A stretch of 64,000 bases of DNA from Iphione sp. A-MEVVRFRX5 (lineage: Eukaryota), in the NCBI GenBank assembly GCA_976226885.1, contig OZ320315.1, positions 106,082,001 through 106,146,000 of the forward strand, written 5' to 3'. The notes under the pieces were generated by a model that was not told the DNA's origin, made no database searches, and saw only the letters and a list, made by a program, of their open reading frames with translations. The position numbers and the translations under genes are program-made. Below are positions 26,450 to 38,938 of the stretch, piece after piece (positions within the stretch are counted from its first letter, which is position 1; every line of letters starts with the position of its first letter).

Positions 26450-27096
26450 AACTGTCCTCTTTTAATAAACTAGTATATTTTCTCTGGTGATAACCTAAAA
26501 AATGCATGGAGATCCTAGCTTATGTAATGATCTACCACTAACTGAACTGCAGGTCCTTCTCCAGTCATTGCCATCTGAGTAATCTCAGGTTTTGTCTGTT
26601 GACATAAAGCGACATAAATTTTCACTGATTACCAATCCCACATTGTAAATTCACCACAGCTCACACCATTCTTTATGCCAGTGATTCTAGCTGCAGCAGG
26701 TCTCTCCGATATGTCTTCATGCTAGCATCATCTGTGAATAACATCCCATAAGAGCTTGGGGGTAGGGCATCAAGCACCTTGTCAACAAGGCATTCCACCT
26801 GATGAAAGAGCCTTATTGCACATATAAGACTAACCTTTGCAACTTGATGCTTCCTCCCCATGTGACACATACTGATGTCTATCAGTCAAGTTACTTTCTA
26901 CCAGTTTGGATACTGTAGATGAGATGCCTGCATTTTGAAGCTGTTCCAGTAAGACTGTTAATTTCTGTTTTTTGATTTAGTACATTGGGGATGGGTGTAC
27001 GAGGTTTGAATACCTTGGCATACGCTGATCTCTGGTTTGTCTGGGCAGTCATGTGAGGGTTAGCAGCAAGTTAACCCCACATTTTGTGGGGTTAAC
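26450..27096 (-). mobile_element. Decayed LINE RT fragment
   Basis: VLDALPPSSYGMLFTDD (YADD-equivalent). 26870-27070 aligns with 57266-57345 and 57746-57835. Left end approximate. Confidence 0.6.
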
Positions 27097-27099
27097 AGA

Positions 27100-28800
27100 T
27101 AACAGAGAAGGGCCACATGATTGCCAGGTAGAACAGCTATGGTACTGGGTGACTAGGTGTCTAGGAGCTCAATTACATTAAGTTATCCCAAAGGATTTTG
27201 ACAGTACAGCAGTGTGATTGAATGGTGCATATAGGAATTGATGAGATGTATGATAAAATACATGGGCTGTACTTTTGGAAAGATCTATATGGTGATATTG
27301 TCAAATATTTACGATTATATGTTCCATGTGACACCAGGAACTTGAAAAGACAAGATCAATCTCTCCAGGAAATGGAGAACATTGACTTCCTGTTGCAGAA
27401 GGTGGCTGTGGATACATCTGCACTGTATCCGGTTTCTGATGCAGGGTACCAATATGTACTGACCTTGATAGATGTTTATTCTAGGTGGCCTGAGTTGTTC
27501 CCTGCTAAAAAATAACAGGCAGCAACAGTAACACAGATTTTCCTTGAAGAAAATATTCACAGGCATAGTTGTCCTAAAGTGCTTTTATTGGACAATAGAA
27601 CAAAAGTTGCAAATGAGGTCAAGAAAGAAATCTGTGAAACATTCATTGTAGCATGAATCCCCATGAGTCTATATCATCCAGTTTGAGTGGTAAACTTGCA
27701 GCCACTCAGTATGGAATGACTTAATGGCAAAGTTGAAAAACAGCAATATGGTCCCTCGGAAAGATGATTCCATCCGCCATGTTGACTCTTTGGATGAGTA
27801 TTAGTAAATCCAGGAGGTATACAACCTGCAACCTACAATCAAGGAAAATTGATGAAGGATAAAGTGATCACCTATGGTTAGCAAACCCAGACTTAAGGGT
27901 TCTGACACAGACAAGGAGAATACCAGGCCACACCAGGACATTACTTTGACCGAATATGCCTCATCTTTCATTTTGGATAAGGATGAAGGTGGACCATCTG
28001 GCAGTGACTCAGATGGGTTCTCTTTAGAGGATGGCATTCCCTTTGCTTAGTTCTTCACAATAGAGCAGCAGCATGAGATTTGAGATATGCAGGAGAACCT
28101 TGCTCCTATGGAGGAGAAGGGGTTGGGAGTTGGAGGAACCCAATATAGAATATCCACTGGATCAGGGACATGGACCTGAGGCATGAGGACTTGACCAAGC
28201 AGCAACAGGTCTGGCACAAGGAGTGTTAGGATTGTTTGTTGACCATGATGTAGTGAAATGCAAGATGGGATCTGAGGCCATGGCCTCCATCAACCCAAAC
28301 CTATTTCCTTAGTGGAAGAGGAAGGGAGAATGGTTCAGTAATATTACATAAGGGCTGTAGCAGTGGAGTGAATGTTTGATTGCCATACAAAGGGGTGGGT
28401 TAGGGATGTCTATAGAAACCATCCAGGTAATGCAGAACGTGGGGAACAATTCTCAATCCTCACAGGGTGCTAATGACACAATTGTTGATGGAGTTGCAAA
28501 TATGGTGGTTGTGAAGTACTCCAGCAACACATTAGCCAAGGTAGTATTTGTATTGAGTATATCACTATATTGGAAACTGTCAAAATGGCAGAACAATAAT
28601 CAAACAAAGTCAAAGCACTACAAGGATATTTTTAACTGTACTTTATCACAACCTGCTTTGCCACTTGTAGGCACAATAACTGGTGCTATAATTTTTCTAG
28701 CTGGCACCATCTTTGGAGTTGTGGAAAATGATATCCAAGTGATCAGGGAATGAGTGATGCAACTCAGCAGCAGCAACTAGAGATTATTAATATCATGGGT
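27100..28800 (+). mobile_element. Gypsy-type integrase fragment plus downstream unassigned region
   Basis: HIGIDEMYDKIHGLYFWKDL (HHCC region) and VAVD...YVLTLIDVYSRWPELFP (core). Homologous to 58530-59820. Confidence 0.75.
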
Positions 28801-31161
28801 GACATGATGACTATTATGTATCATAATTGAGTTAATAACTGATGGAATAGGGATTGGATTAATCAGATCATCACTACCATAGGATATGTTAAATAAGGTT
28901 TGTGGTATGCATCATATGCAAACAGCAATCAAACAACCTGAGCAATCTGGGTATCAAGGACATATTGAATGCTGAGAGATAATTTTCATGGGTTAAGTAT
29001 CACTTAAAAGCATTGAAATGAGGTATTTTGAGGCTGGAATCACAAGTAGATAACTTCATGGGAGGAAATTTGACACCTGAAATCATTCCTACTTTGAGCA
29101 AATAGACGACTTCCAACATAGTTGAGATTACCCTTTGTACCTACTGACCTGGAGTTTTTGAAGCCTTGATTTTTACATTTGTTCTTTTATCATTGTTTAA
29201 TCCAGTTGTCTAGTAAATGTAGGTCACCCTGCTAAGACATGGATAATTATTCAGAGTTATATCTATATGTACCTTCTAGGTAGTAATTTGACATGTCAGA
29301 TTATGGCCTCTAAGTAAGTCACATGAAAATGTTTGATTTAGTGCTGTAAAGATACTATATTTTCATGCACCACAAGGTGACATGGTAGCTAAGATATGTG
29401 CATTTCAAACAAATCTTACATCAACAATGTGAGAATGCTCATATTAATCTTTTAGCCCAATGATAGAGGAGATTTGTAAATCAAATGTGGAGTAGAGTTT
29501 TTTTACTATACCATGCATGTGTTTTGATTTAAATATTGCTATTTCCTTAAGCAAATCTATATCAGAGACACAAAACCTTTTTCTACATACTGTCAACACA
29601 ACTGTGCATACTATTTGCAGATTTTGCCAATATCTCCCTCTTATTTTTGACAAAATGGGTGTTACAACGATTCTAAAATTCCAGTCTTTGATAGGAAAGT
29701 GAATTATAGGTACATGTACATTTCATCTAAGCTAAACCTAATTTGCTTTGTGCAGAATGACTGCCACTGCAATGTCATATTCATTTAGTCTTCCATATGA
29801 TTGCTTCTCAGGAAAATATATATACAAATGTAGTATAAACCCTGTTATCTGATGCCTGGCTACTGTGGATGATCCTTACTACAGACAGACATCCATCAAA
29901 AATGCACAAAATCACTCTCAGAACAGACCTTTTCATGATTCAATAGTTAAAGTAAGACCAGATGTGTTAATGCAACCACTAAGATGTCCTTGTTAAAAGT
30001 CAAAAGGGAACTTCATTGCTCAATGTGTGATCAGAGCTGTTAGTGGCTGCCTGAAGGGGAGATTGTGGTTGGTGGTTTGGGGAAGAGGACAATCCTGGCC
30101 CTGCTGGCTGACTGAAAGGAGGAGGGTAGACTTGGTTCAGGTGAAGATGATGCCCCAGGCTCAATGATCTGAGTAATTTTTTTTTTTTTGTGGGGTGGTA
30201 TTTCTTACAAGGGAAGGGCAGGGAGAAGTGATAGATGGGTTGTAGCCAGGGTGACAGAGATGAGTGCCTTCTCAAATCTACCAACACCAGAGGAAAGTGT
30301 AAGGAATGGGCTTTCTACTCAATTTTTGGATACTGGAGATACCTTTTACTGTGGATACACAGACAAAAGTCCCTCCAGTGTCTGTAGTTTGATAGGTTCC
30401 ACTGTATTATGTCTCTATGAAACATTTTAACATTTTAGTCCTATTCAGACATTGACAATATGCTTCAGATATATCATGTGACTGTGTTGCTGTCCCTGGT
30501 TGCAACCATAGGACTGGTGCCTATAGAACAAGCATAGCCTTTTTTGATTCCCCAGGCCCTTTGGCAAAAGGAGAAAACTTGAAACTTATGCAGGTAATCA
30601 ATTGCCTTTTATACACCTTAAATACTTTATCAGCATAATTACAGTCTACAGCATAGTCAATGGGTCTTAAAATCACAACCAAAATTGGCTATTCTCTTAT
30701 TTATGTGGTCTCAGCAGTATAGCATGATGGCAAGACCAAGATCTTAGTTAAACCAGTGACTCTGTAGGCAAATGCCACTTCAGACAATGCAAGGAGGTAA
30801 ATAGTCCTACCATTTGGTTTGAAAGTTATAAGTGAGCCATTAGGCTCAGTTATCAGCTTATCTCTTACAGCCTAATGTCACTTTTTCAAATTTAAATTTC
30901 CTTTGTTCCATACATCATACAGTAAAACCTTGCTATTCTGTCACCTTTTTATCTCGCCGCCCTCAGTATTCCCAACACAATTCCGAGGAATCAAATTGTT
31001 GCCATTAGAACCCATTCAATCAGTATTGCAGGTAAAAGTCAGGTAGAAATAGGATTTCCTGACCTAGCAATACCCTTCTTCAGACTCTTTTCTTCTGTCC
31101 TCAATGAGGTGCTGTATTCATTGTTCCATCACCCTTATATGACCTTTCTACCTCATTTAGA

Positions 31162-31337
31162 TGTTATATTTGTCTCTCCAATGTCCCCTAGATGACCTCC
31201 CGACACAATTGAGGTGTTATATTTGTCTCTCCACTGTCCTTCGATGACCTCCCTACCCAATTGAGGTGTTATATTTGTCTCTCCACTGTCCCTCGATGAC
31301 CTCCATACCAAAGTGAGGTTTTACATTTGTCTCCTCA
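31162..31337 (+). repeat. Minisatellite, about 52-bp unit, about 3.3 copies
   Basis: Unit TGTTATATTTGTCTCTCCACTGTCC...GATGACCTCC...TTGAGG starting at 31162, 31215, 31267 and 31319. Confidence 0.9.
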
Positions 31338-31669
31338 CTGCTCAGCTACCAGACTACTGCTTTTATTACTAGCCTCAATATATAATCACTTGTGATAACA
31401 TGGCTCTTTTACTTGGGTATATCCCTTCTGGCTGATTGGTTGGTGCTCTAACAGCCAAGTGTCTAAATGAATCAATTATCCTTAATTTTTTCTTTCTTTT
31501 TTTTCAATATGGTGGCATTGGGTTAAGAGGTGTGTGGTGCGTGGTCTACTGGTATTATTGTATTACATGGTTAGCAAGGTTCAAAGTGAGAATCTGTTAC
31601 ACTCAGAGTGAACCTATCTGGCCATACCTTTCGACAGATTTATGTTAAATATCACACTGTTATTTGTGA

Positions 31670-32995
31670 ATTATGGGTCGGAAAAGGGCATTGCCAACGA
31701 TCAAGACCAAGCTGGCCACAACCAGCGAGAAGGACTGTGAAGGAGGAGGTAACGTCAAGACAATCTGTCTATTGGTAACCAGAATTCTATTGAATCAAAG
31801 GTACCTAGCCCTAAGATTCTTAAGGCTCCTTAGACACCTAAAGATCAGTCAGCAATGAGTTAAAGTAGCAGTAACTCAGATATAACAGTGGCAATAAAGG
31901 ATCTCACTAACAGTGTCAATGAATAAAGAGCTGATGTCAAAGAAATGAACTCCTCTCGCAAAGCCAATATCACTGAGACCAAAGGGCTGAACACTGAAAT
32001 TGATGCTCTTAAAATGAGTCTCAATGATTAGAACATTCACATTAACTATTTAAAGGATGAGAACAATATGCTAAAATCCAGACGGGATAAGTTAGTATTT
32101 GATCAGTTACTTGATAAGGTGAGAGAAAGGAGAACAAATCTTGTTATCAAAGGTATAACCCTGACCAAAGGTGAAACTTATCTGCAAATGACTGCCAGGT
32201 ACCTGAGTACAATCTTATCTGGCTATACTGAAGATATGATCTCAGGGGTTTCTGCAGTCAGAAGAACATGTCCAACGGATGAACTGAATATTATTGTATT
32301 TTTCAATAATGTTTCTGATAGTCATCGAGTATTTAAAAACAAGCTTTATCTGATAATACTTGGATTAACAAGGATATACCTGCTGTGATGCCCAGCTGTG
32401 ACAACAAGATCTAGATAGACTTGTTAAATTAGCTATTTCACTTGGACATAATTGACACATTTAAAGCAAAGAAAGATTCTATCCCATCTGCTATAGACTT
32501 ACAATTGAAATATGGTATCATGAGTACCTTCAGGAGAAAAGATTATTTTGGTTTAAGTACTGTTTATAATATGGTGATTCAGAATCTCCTTAAAATCAAA
32601 GATCTGACAGTAGCAACCAGAACCTCTGATGATAGAACTCTTGCTGTATCTACACCACAAACTACTCAGGTGAAAAAATCAATTCTGTTTAACATTATAA
32701 GCAAGTGGAACAACTTGAATGTGTTGTATAGAGAAATTGACAATATTAATGAATTCAGGCAGCGTGCCAAATTTTAATCCATATTGAATCATAATTAATA
32801 ACTGTGTACACAAAATTAAGCAACAAACTGTACAAGTTATGTCTATATTAAAGCATGTTTACTTATTCTGTATCATTACATAAACTACAAATTGTATAAT
32901 CAAAGTATGATGTACTACTCCTATATTCCACAGTATGAAAACTGCCCTTATAGGGGTAATACCTTGGAATAAAAATATTATTTATCTTATCTTAA
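31670..32995 (+). mobile_element. Internally deleted LINE: ORF1-like region joined to the ORF2 C-terminus and 3' tail
   Basis: Coiled-coil then RRTNLVIKGI (ORF1-like); ORF2-type end PQTTQVKKSILFNIISKWNNL...EFRQ; AATAAA at about 32968 followed by TTATTTATCTTATCTT. Partial second copy at 61650-62130. Confidence 0.6.
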
Positions 32996-35346
32996 TTACT
33001 GCCTGAGTGTTATCTCCACTCATGTCACTCCACATTATCTGTTTCCTATATTGTCATGTGCCTAACCAGTGATGTTAATTATGATGAAAATTATGTCTTT
33101 ACATAATGCCAATACCTAGCAGGTGCCTAGTTCAAATGTATGTTATGTGTAGGCTGTACCAGAGAGTCTGCCAAATGCTTGAAGTGTGTTTGGGACCAGG
33201 TCCCTTGTCCAAACTTGATGCTGTGCTTAGTGAATTTGCTTATTTACCTATTCTATCTTCACTGACCACCCAGCCTGTGTATTTGAGTAATTATATGTGA
33301 GTAAAATTGTTCATTGTGATCGGTGTTCTGATGCTACTACTAACTGGGGATGTAATAATGAATAGTGTATTTATAATAAAGATATCCAAGCATATGCTTT
33401 CCCTACTTAGTTCTGTAAGAACTGCTTTTCCATGTTATCAAAATATGAAATATCTTAGTTGCATTCCCATTAATTTTCTGTTTATTTGCCACTAACAGCT
33501 TAACTGGTTGTTCTACACTATGACTATATATTATTTTAGATCATATATAGATATATATATATATATATCCTATCTGGTCACTCAAGTACATCACAGATAA
33601 TACAGCCTCAGGAATAGTTCATAGCTTGGAAGCTGTGGTCACATGCAATCCAGTACATCATAGCCAGCTAAACCAAGCTTTTCAAGCTTCTGCACTTACT
33701 TCAGAAGGACTTTATTGACAGTACTTCTTTGACCAATGTTTATTGAGCAAACTTGATAGGACACCTCAGTACAACTCTGGTTATACTTCTTGTAAGTGAA
33801 GACAGATTGCTTTGGTTGAACTCTACATCTGACTGTTAAGTCCCTTTATATACTAAACACCAACTTTTGGAGCAGTCTGTGTAGGGACTGGACTGACCCC
33901 TGCAATACTTTGTTCTGTATCTCTGGCTTTGTACTCAAGACAGGCAACATTCAACTATAAAAGGAAAAAAATTGAATAAGAAAAATGACAAATTAAATGC
34001 AAAATATAAGTCATGAAGTCTGGTATAAAAGTTATCAATTATACATGATTGATTTTCCCATTATTGGTCAGAAGGGTTTAAGTATTAGGGCTGATACAAT
34101 CAGCTGTCTCGATGAGGACTTGTTACTTTGCTGCCTTGACATCATTATCTAGGTCAGAATAACCAGCATTTTGGAATGCACTCAAGAACGGTAAGAAAAA
34201 AATTTGGCATTCTTCTATAGAATGTGGGAAGGGCCCTTTTTTAATATATGAAAAGAGCTGATTTAATGTTTGCCAATTACAGAAACTGAGTGTTTATATA
34301 TGAGGATATCTTTTATGTGATTGATAACAAATGTGCTTGTAAATGTAATTATGTGTGCATACGTTTACTTATACTTCCTGCAGTAAAATAAACACTTAAA
34401 TGGAAATAATTTGGTTTTGTCTTTCTTTCCAAGAGGGCTCTGATAGGCTTCCACACCTAAAACCTTTACTGACAATTATAGAGCCCACCTGAGTGAATTA
34501 CTATGAAAGTAACAGAAGAGAAATACCAGTGGCGAGTACAATTCTACTTGGATAAGAGACAATGAGAGATAACATGGCTAGGACAAGACAACAACAAAAC
34601 AAAGACAAGACAGCAAATCGACTAAGGCAAATTCTGACTGAAATATTATGAAAATAAAAGTTAGTACAATTTAACTAAGATAAGACGACAACCTGTCTAA
34701 GATGAATAGTGACTGAAATACTATGAAAATAAGAGCTGGGGCAACTTGATTTAGGTTGGCCAAATCAACTAAGACGATGGGCCAAATTGACGAAGACATT
34801 TGGACAACCTGGCTAAGGCTGGCACAATTAGGTCTTGGGACAACCCAACCTTGGGACAATTCGACCACAATTCACATGATGCTGTCAACTAAACGCCTAT
34901 GTATAAATCAAAATATTACTCAAACTACCTTGTACACATATCAGAAAGGTTTTTTTTTATGAAACAACTTTTTTTTGTCTCAATTACTCTGAAAAAGGAT
35001 CTATTCCTTCCACCATTTTGTTTTTTTGCTGATTCCATTGAGTATTTATGTGTTCTGTTTCTCCAATGAAGACAATATATAGCAGTGCTTGGTCTTGAGA
35101 TTCAAACACATCTCTGGAACTTTATATCCCTATTCTTATCAACACCAACCATATTAGAACAAATGTCCTGGTCAATTGTTATGAATACTGTATGGTTTTG
35201 GAAATAAAATACAGTTAATATCTAGCTCTACACTGACTTCTTCTGCCTATCCCTTAAGAAGACAGCTGAATCTCCATGCATTATGCTGAAGGCTTTATAG
35301 TGTAGAAGTATTATGTAATTTGACCTTAAGTTCCTATCTCTATATC

Positions 35347-35541
35347 TATTGCCAAACTAAGGTTAATGCGATCATACTAATAAAGACAAGCAAGCAAATT
35401 GGAACAAACGAACAAGCATAATTTATTCAATGACAATTTTAGTCTCTTGAGACTGGCAAGAAAAGTATAAGACATTCAGTGGACAAGCACTAGGTTGATC
35501 TCTAGAGACCGAGATTTACACAATGGATGTGATGTACATAC
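35347..35541 (-). repeat. Split direct repeat B2 (195 bp), 3' end of the element
   Basis: Copy of B1. Confidence 0.95.
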
Positions 35542-35644
35542 GAGGTGTCGCAGAGTCATTTACAAACTCTTTACAGTCAAACAGTATATAATACAGAATT
35601 ACCCATCCTTGATGACAACGGGTGGGTGGGAGAGGATGTTCAAT

Positions 35645-35775
35645 TTCACCTTGGCGCAACCAAATATCCAATGACCCCCTTTGAGCAGTCGCCACGGCTT
35701 AGAGTATACAGGGAAACACGAGGGGGCGCCACCTTACATGCAATAAGAAGCGACCACTATTAGCAGTAGCTCACC
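35645..35775 (-). repeat. Split direct repeat A2 (131 bp)
   Basis: Copy of A1, directly abutting B1. Confidence 0.95.
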
Positions 35776-35970
35776 TATTGCCAAACTAAGGTTAATGCGA
35801 TCATACTAATAAAGACAAGCAAGCAAATTGGAACAAACGAAGAAGCATAATTTATTCAATGACAATTTTAGTCTCTTGAGACTGGCAAGAAAAGTATAAG
35901 ACATTCAGTGGACAAGCACTAGGTTGATCTCTAGAGACCGAGGTTTACACAATGGATGTGATGTACATAC
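35776..35970 (-). repeat. Split direct repeat B1 (195 bp)
   Basis: Two substitutions versus 35347-35541; contains AATAAA on the minus strand. Confidence 0.95.
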
Positions 35971-35986
35971 CAAACCCATGTGGGAA

Positions 35987-36957
35987 TTACGACAAGCAGT
36001 GAGATTGTGCCATCATTCGAGCTGCTTGGGATGAGGCAAGTTGCCTGCTCGTGTATTCCGCCGAGCCAGGCAATGTCTTCCATGTACCTTGTGCTAAGAT
36101 TTGTTCCTCAGAGGCCCCTGCTAATTGTAGGGCCTGGGCCCCTCCCCTGCGGAAGCTATGTAGGGAGTATTGCTTCGCATCTAGACCAATAGCATTCAAA
36201 CACTTGTGCAGAACAGTTGTTAGTTTTCGAACCGTGAAAGGTTTGCGGTATACAGGATCAACAAACAAGGGTTGGGAGGGGGATTCAGTTGGGACAATAT
36301 TAAGCATGTTGCGCATTGCTCTTACTGGGCATAGGTGGGAACGTAGCGCTGGTAAGGTAATAACCTCGGGGGAACCTCTTCTGATAGTTTTTGACCATTT
36401 AATGGTGATTGTCATGGAATTGGGGAATAAGCAGACATCTGATCTGGTTAACTGACGCTCCATGTCATAATCTAGTTGCTTCTTGGGGGCTAGATTACTC
36501 TGCCGAACCAGGGAATAGAACATGAATGAGAATATTGTATTAAGCACGGCGCCAAGCGTACCCAGATCGCGGAGATAGGACAAAATTTGGGACAGAATTT
36601 CTTGTGTTATGGGTAATTTTTTGTGGACAAAATAGTCTGATGATAATTTCATGGCCTTGAGGGCTGTTGTAACCCGGTGAGAATTAATACCTGTTAAGGA
36701 GTAATTTTTCTGTGTTAGTATGTAGCGTAAGGATGATACTTATTGACTACACACTGGTGGTGTCCACATTTGGAGTGCCAAATATTCAACATATAGAAGG
36801 ATGTGGTAATCCTCCAAACATTTAATTGGGAAGTTAAAATGAATGCAAAAGGCTATTCCTAGTTCTGCCTGCTGAACCCGTCGCTTGTGTGTAGCTGGTG
36901 TTACTGCTTCTGTCTGTCGTTTAATTGCCCTGACAGCCAAGGGAAGGAGAGTGGGTT
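35987..36957 (-). pseudogene. Tyrosine recombinase of the YR retrotransposon, one in-frame stop
   Basis: FYSLVRQSNL (catalytic R region), IKWSKT, HSFRRGG, GTWK...Y. ORFs 36740-36940 and 35987-36652 share one frame, split by TAA 36740-36742. No ATG at the 5' end; preceded by a splice-acceptor motif. Confidence 0.9.
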
Positions 36958-36967
36958 CTGAAAGTAA

Positions 36968-38938
36968 TTAGAAGGATAATATCTTGTCAAGAGTCGCCTT
37001 TGATGGATATACCCTATGACAATTGGGAAATTTATCATTGAACTGCTTCAATATAGCCCTATATTTTGGGCCCTGCGTCGTACGTGACATAGCATCAGCA
37101 TAAATCATTTGTGACCCGGGAATATGAGAGAATAGAAGTGTGGTTTCATTTGTTGCTGCTCTCATCCATACTGCTCGTGCAACCTGCACCAATAGCCGAT
37201 CTCTAGTACGACCTGAGGTCAATACAAATACAGTAGCAGAGTTGTCACAGAACACTTCAACTCTGCGGTTATGGTGTGTTTCTTTCAGTAGCGTGTAAAT
37301 GGCTATGGCAATGTTTATTGCTTCCAGCTGGGATATTGGTAGGTGAGAGAGGAGGTTTGGGACATGGACTGAATAGTACATTGTGGAGGAGTATGCGCCT
37401 AATCCAGTGAATGAGGCGTCACAATAAATTCTGTCAATAGGTGCAATCGGTGGGATTATGTGAATACCATTAAATGTTGGCAGGAACTCTTTGAACCATA
37501 GCAGATCTCATTTAGATTGATCATTTAAATTAACCTATTGCTTGTTTTGAGATTGAACTTGACGTAATTGGTCTAGCATGCTGTTAATAAAAATGCGTGA
37601 CGCCGGGGAGCATTTGGCAATAAAGTTAATCAGTCCCAGAATGGACTGCATGAGTCTAACTGGGACCGATTTCCGAAGTAAAAGTGAGTCAACCTTGGTT
37701 TGAAGCTCATGGATCTTTTGGAGAGGGATGGACATAATTTTCTCTTTTGACTGAAATCTAACTCCGAGCCAAATGACATCATCAGAGGGGGTGGTGCACT
37801 TGTCATGTGCTACTTGCATCCCTAGCTTAGAAAAGGTAACGAGGGTAAATTGATATGCACACGTTATGGTTTGAAAATCTTCGTGGGCTATGAGGAAATC
37901 ATCAAGATATGCAAGTGTGATTATACTTGGGAACTTCGTCTTAATCTTATTGGTAAGTATATCGGATATAGATTGAAGTAGTAGTGACGAATACCGGGTA
38001 CCAAAAGGTAGTGATAGGTCTGTGTAGTAGTTGCCTTGGAATGTGAATGTTAGTAGCGGCCAGTCTAATGGGTCAATAGGAAAATAACGGTACGCTCTCT
38101 TGAGGTCAATAGTGCATAGGAATAGGGGATTGGTGCTGGTACAAATTGCATGGGCTAAGATATCTGGGGTGGGGAGAACTACTCTTGCAGGGATCTGAAA
38201 GTAATTATTTTTGGGAATAAATTGGTTCACTAAACTGTGACTCAGGTCTATGATAATTCTTTTATCCGCTGAGTTCTTCTTTGGTCGAGTGGTGATAGGG
38301 CTCACTGCTGAAAATGGATGGAAAGGGTCACTATCGAAGGGACCAGTAATAGCTCTGTTACCAAGCTCAGTACATATGTATTTATGAACATGTGGGGGAT
38401 CATCATCTGCAAGTGGATAAATAGCACGATTCACCTTGGGGATTGCATTGCCTACAAAACCGAGTGGGTAACCGTAGGTAATAAATTGCAAAATCATAAA
38501 CTCGGACGGGTCATTATGGGACAATACATGATACCAATAAGGCAAATTCAACTGTGAATTAAGGGGTATCCTCGCTTCTAGGTGGTTAGGCAGACCAGTC
38601 TGTTTAACGAGGGTGTATATAGATGATAGTTCAGTAGGAAAATCATCGGTGGGTGACGGCCAGGACAGGATCCTGGACGCCAGAAGCATGCTGTGTGAGG
38701 CCGGAGCGGGAGCACATTGACCATTGTCATCGTGAGTGGTAGTGACTTGTAGTTTTTCATCAAGTAGGTAGTCGATTGTCGATGACAGTTGGGTCGATTC
38801 AGGTACTACCACTCTGGGTCTTGACGTTGGCGTCTGTAGTCTTGATTCCTGTTGGCCGGGGGTTGTGTGTAGCTGCCTTGTGACTGGGGCTGTCGTCTCC
38901 TGTTCCGACACTGGTCGATCTTGTGATCTAACTGCTTG
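36968..38938 (-). pseudogene. RT-RNase H (pol) of the YR retrotransposon, two in-frame stops
   Basis: Motifs IDLKRAY, LPFG, YLDDFL, YCDAS, QLEA, CDN, ADAMSR. Track ORFs 37535-38911 and 36968-37381 share one frame, split by TAG 37535-37537 and TGA 37508-37510. Confidence 0.9.

Noticed and set aside
30950-31140. Possible RTE/L1-type RT fragment on the minus strand (KKGI...GNPIS)
   Set aside because: Too short and degenerate to support.
31162-31337. Regularly spaced repeats as a CRISPR array
   Set aside because: The whole 52-bp unit is repeated with no unique spacers; this is a minisatellite.
33600-34200. Short open stretches that might be exons of a host gene
   Set aside because: They contain stops, have no consistent splice pairs and no recognisable domain.
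36740-37537. Stop-codon reassignment or programmed readthrough to explain the in-frame stops
   Set aside because: All three stop types occur, the paralog is open at the pol positions, and the host genes end in standard stops. A 28-nt GT-AG stretch at 37534-37507 is too short for an intron and would leave the TAG.
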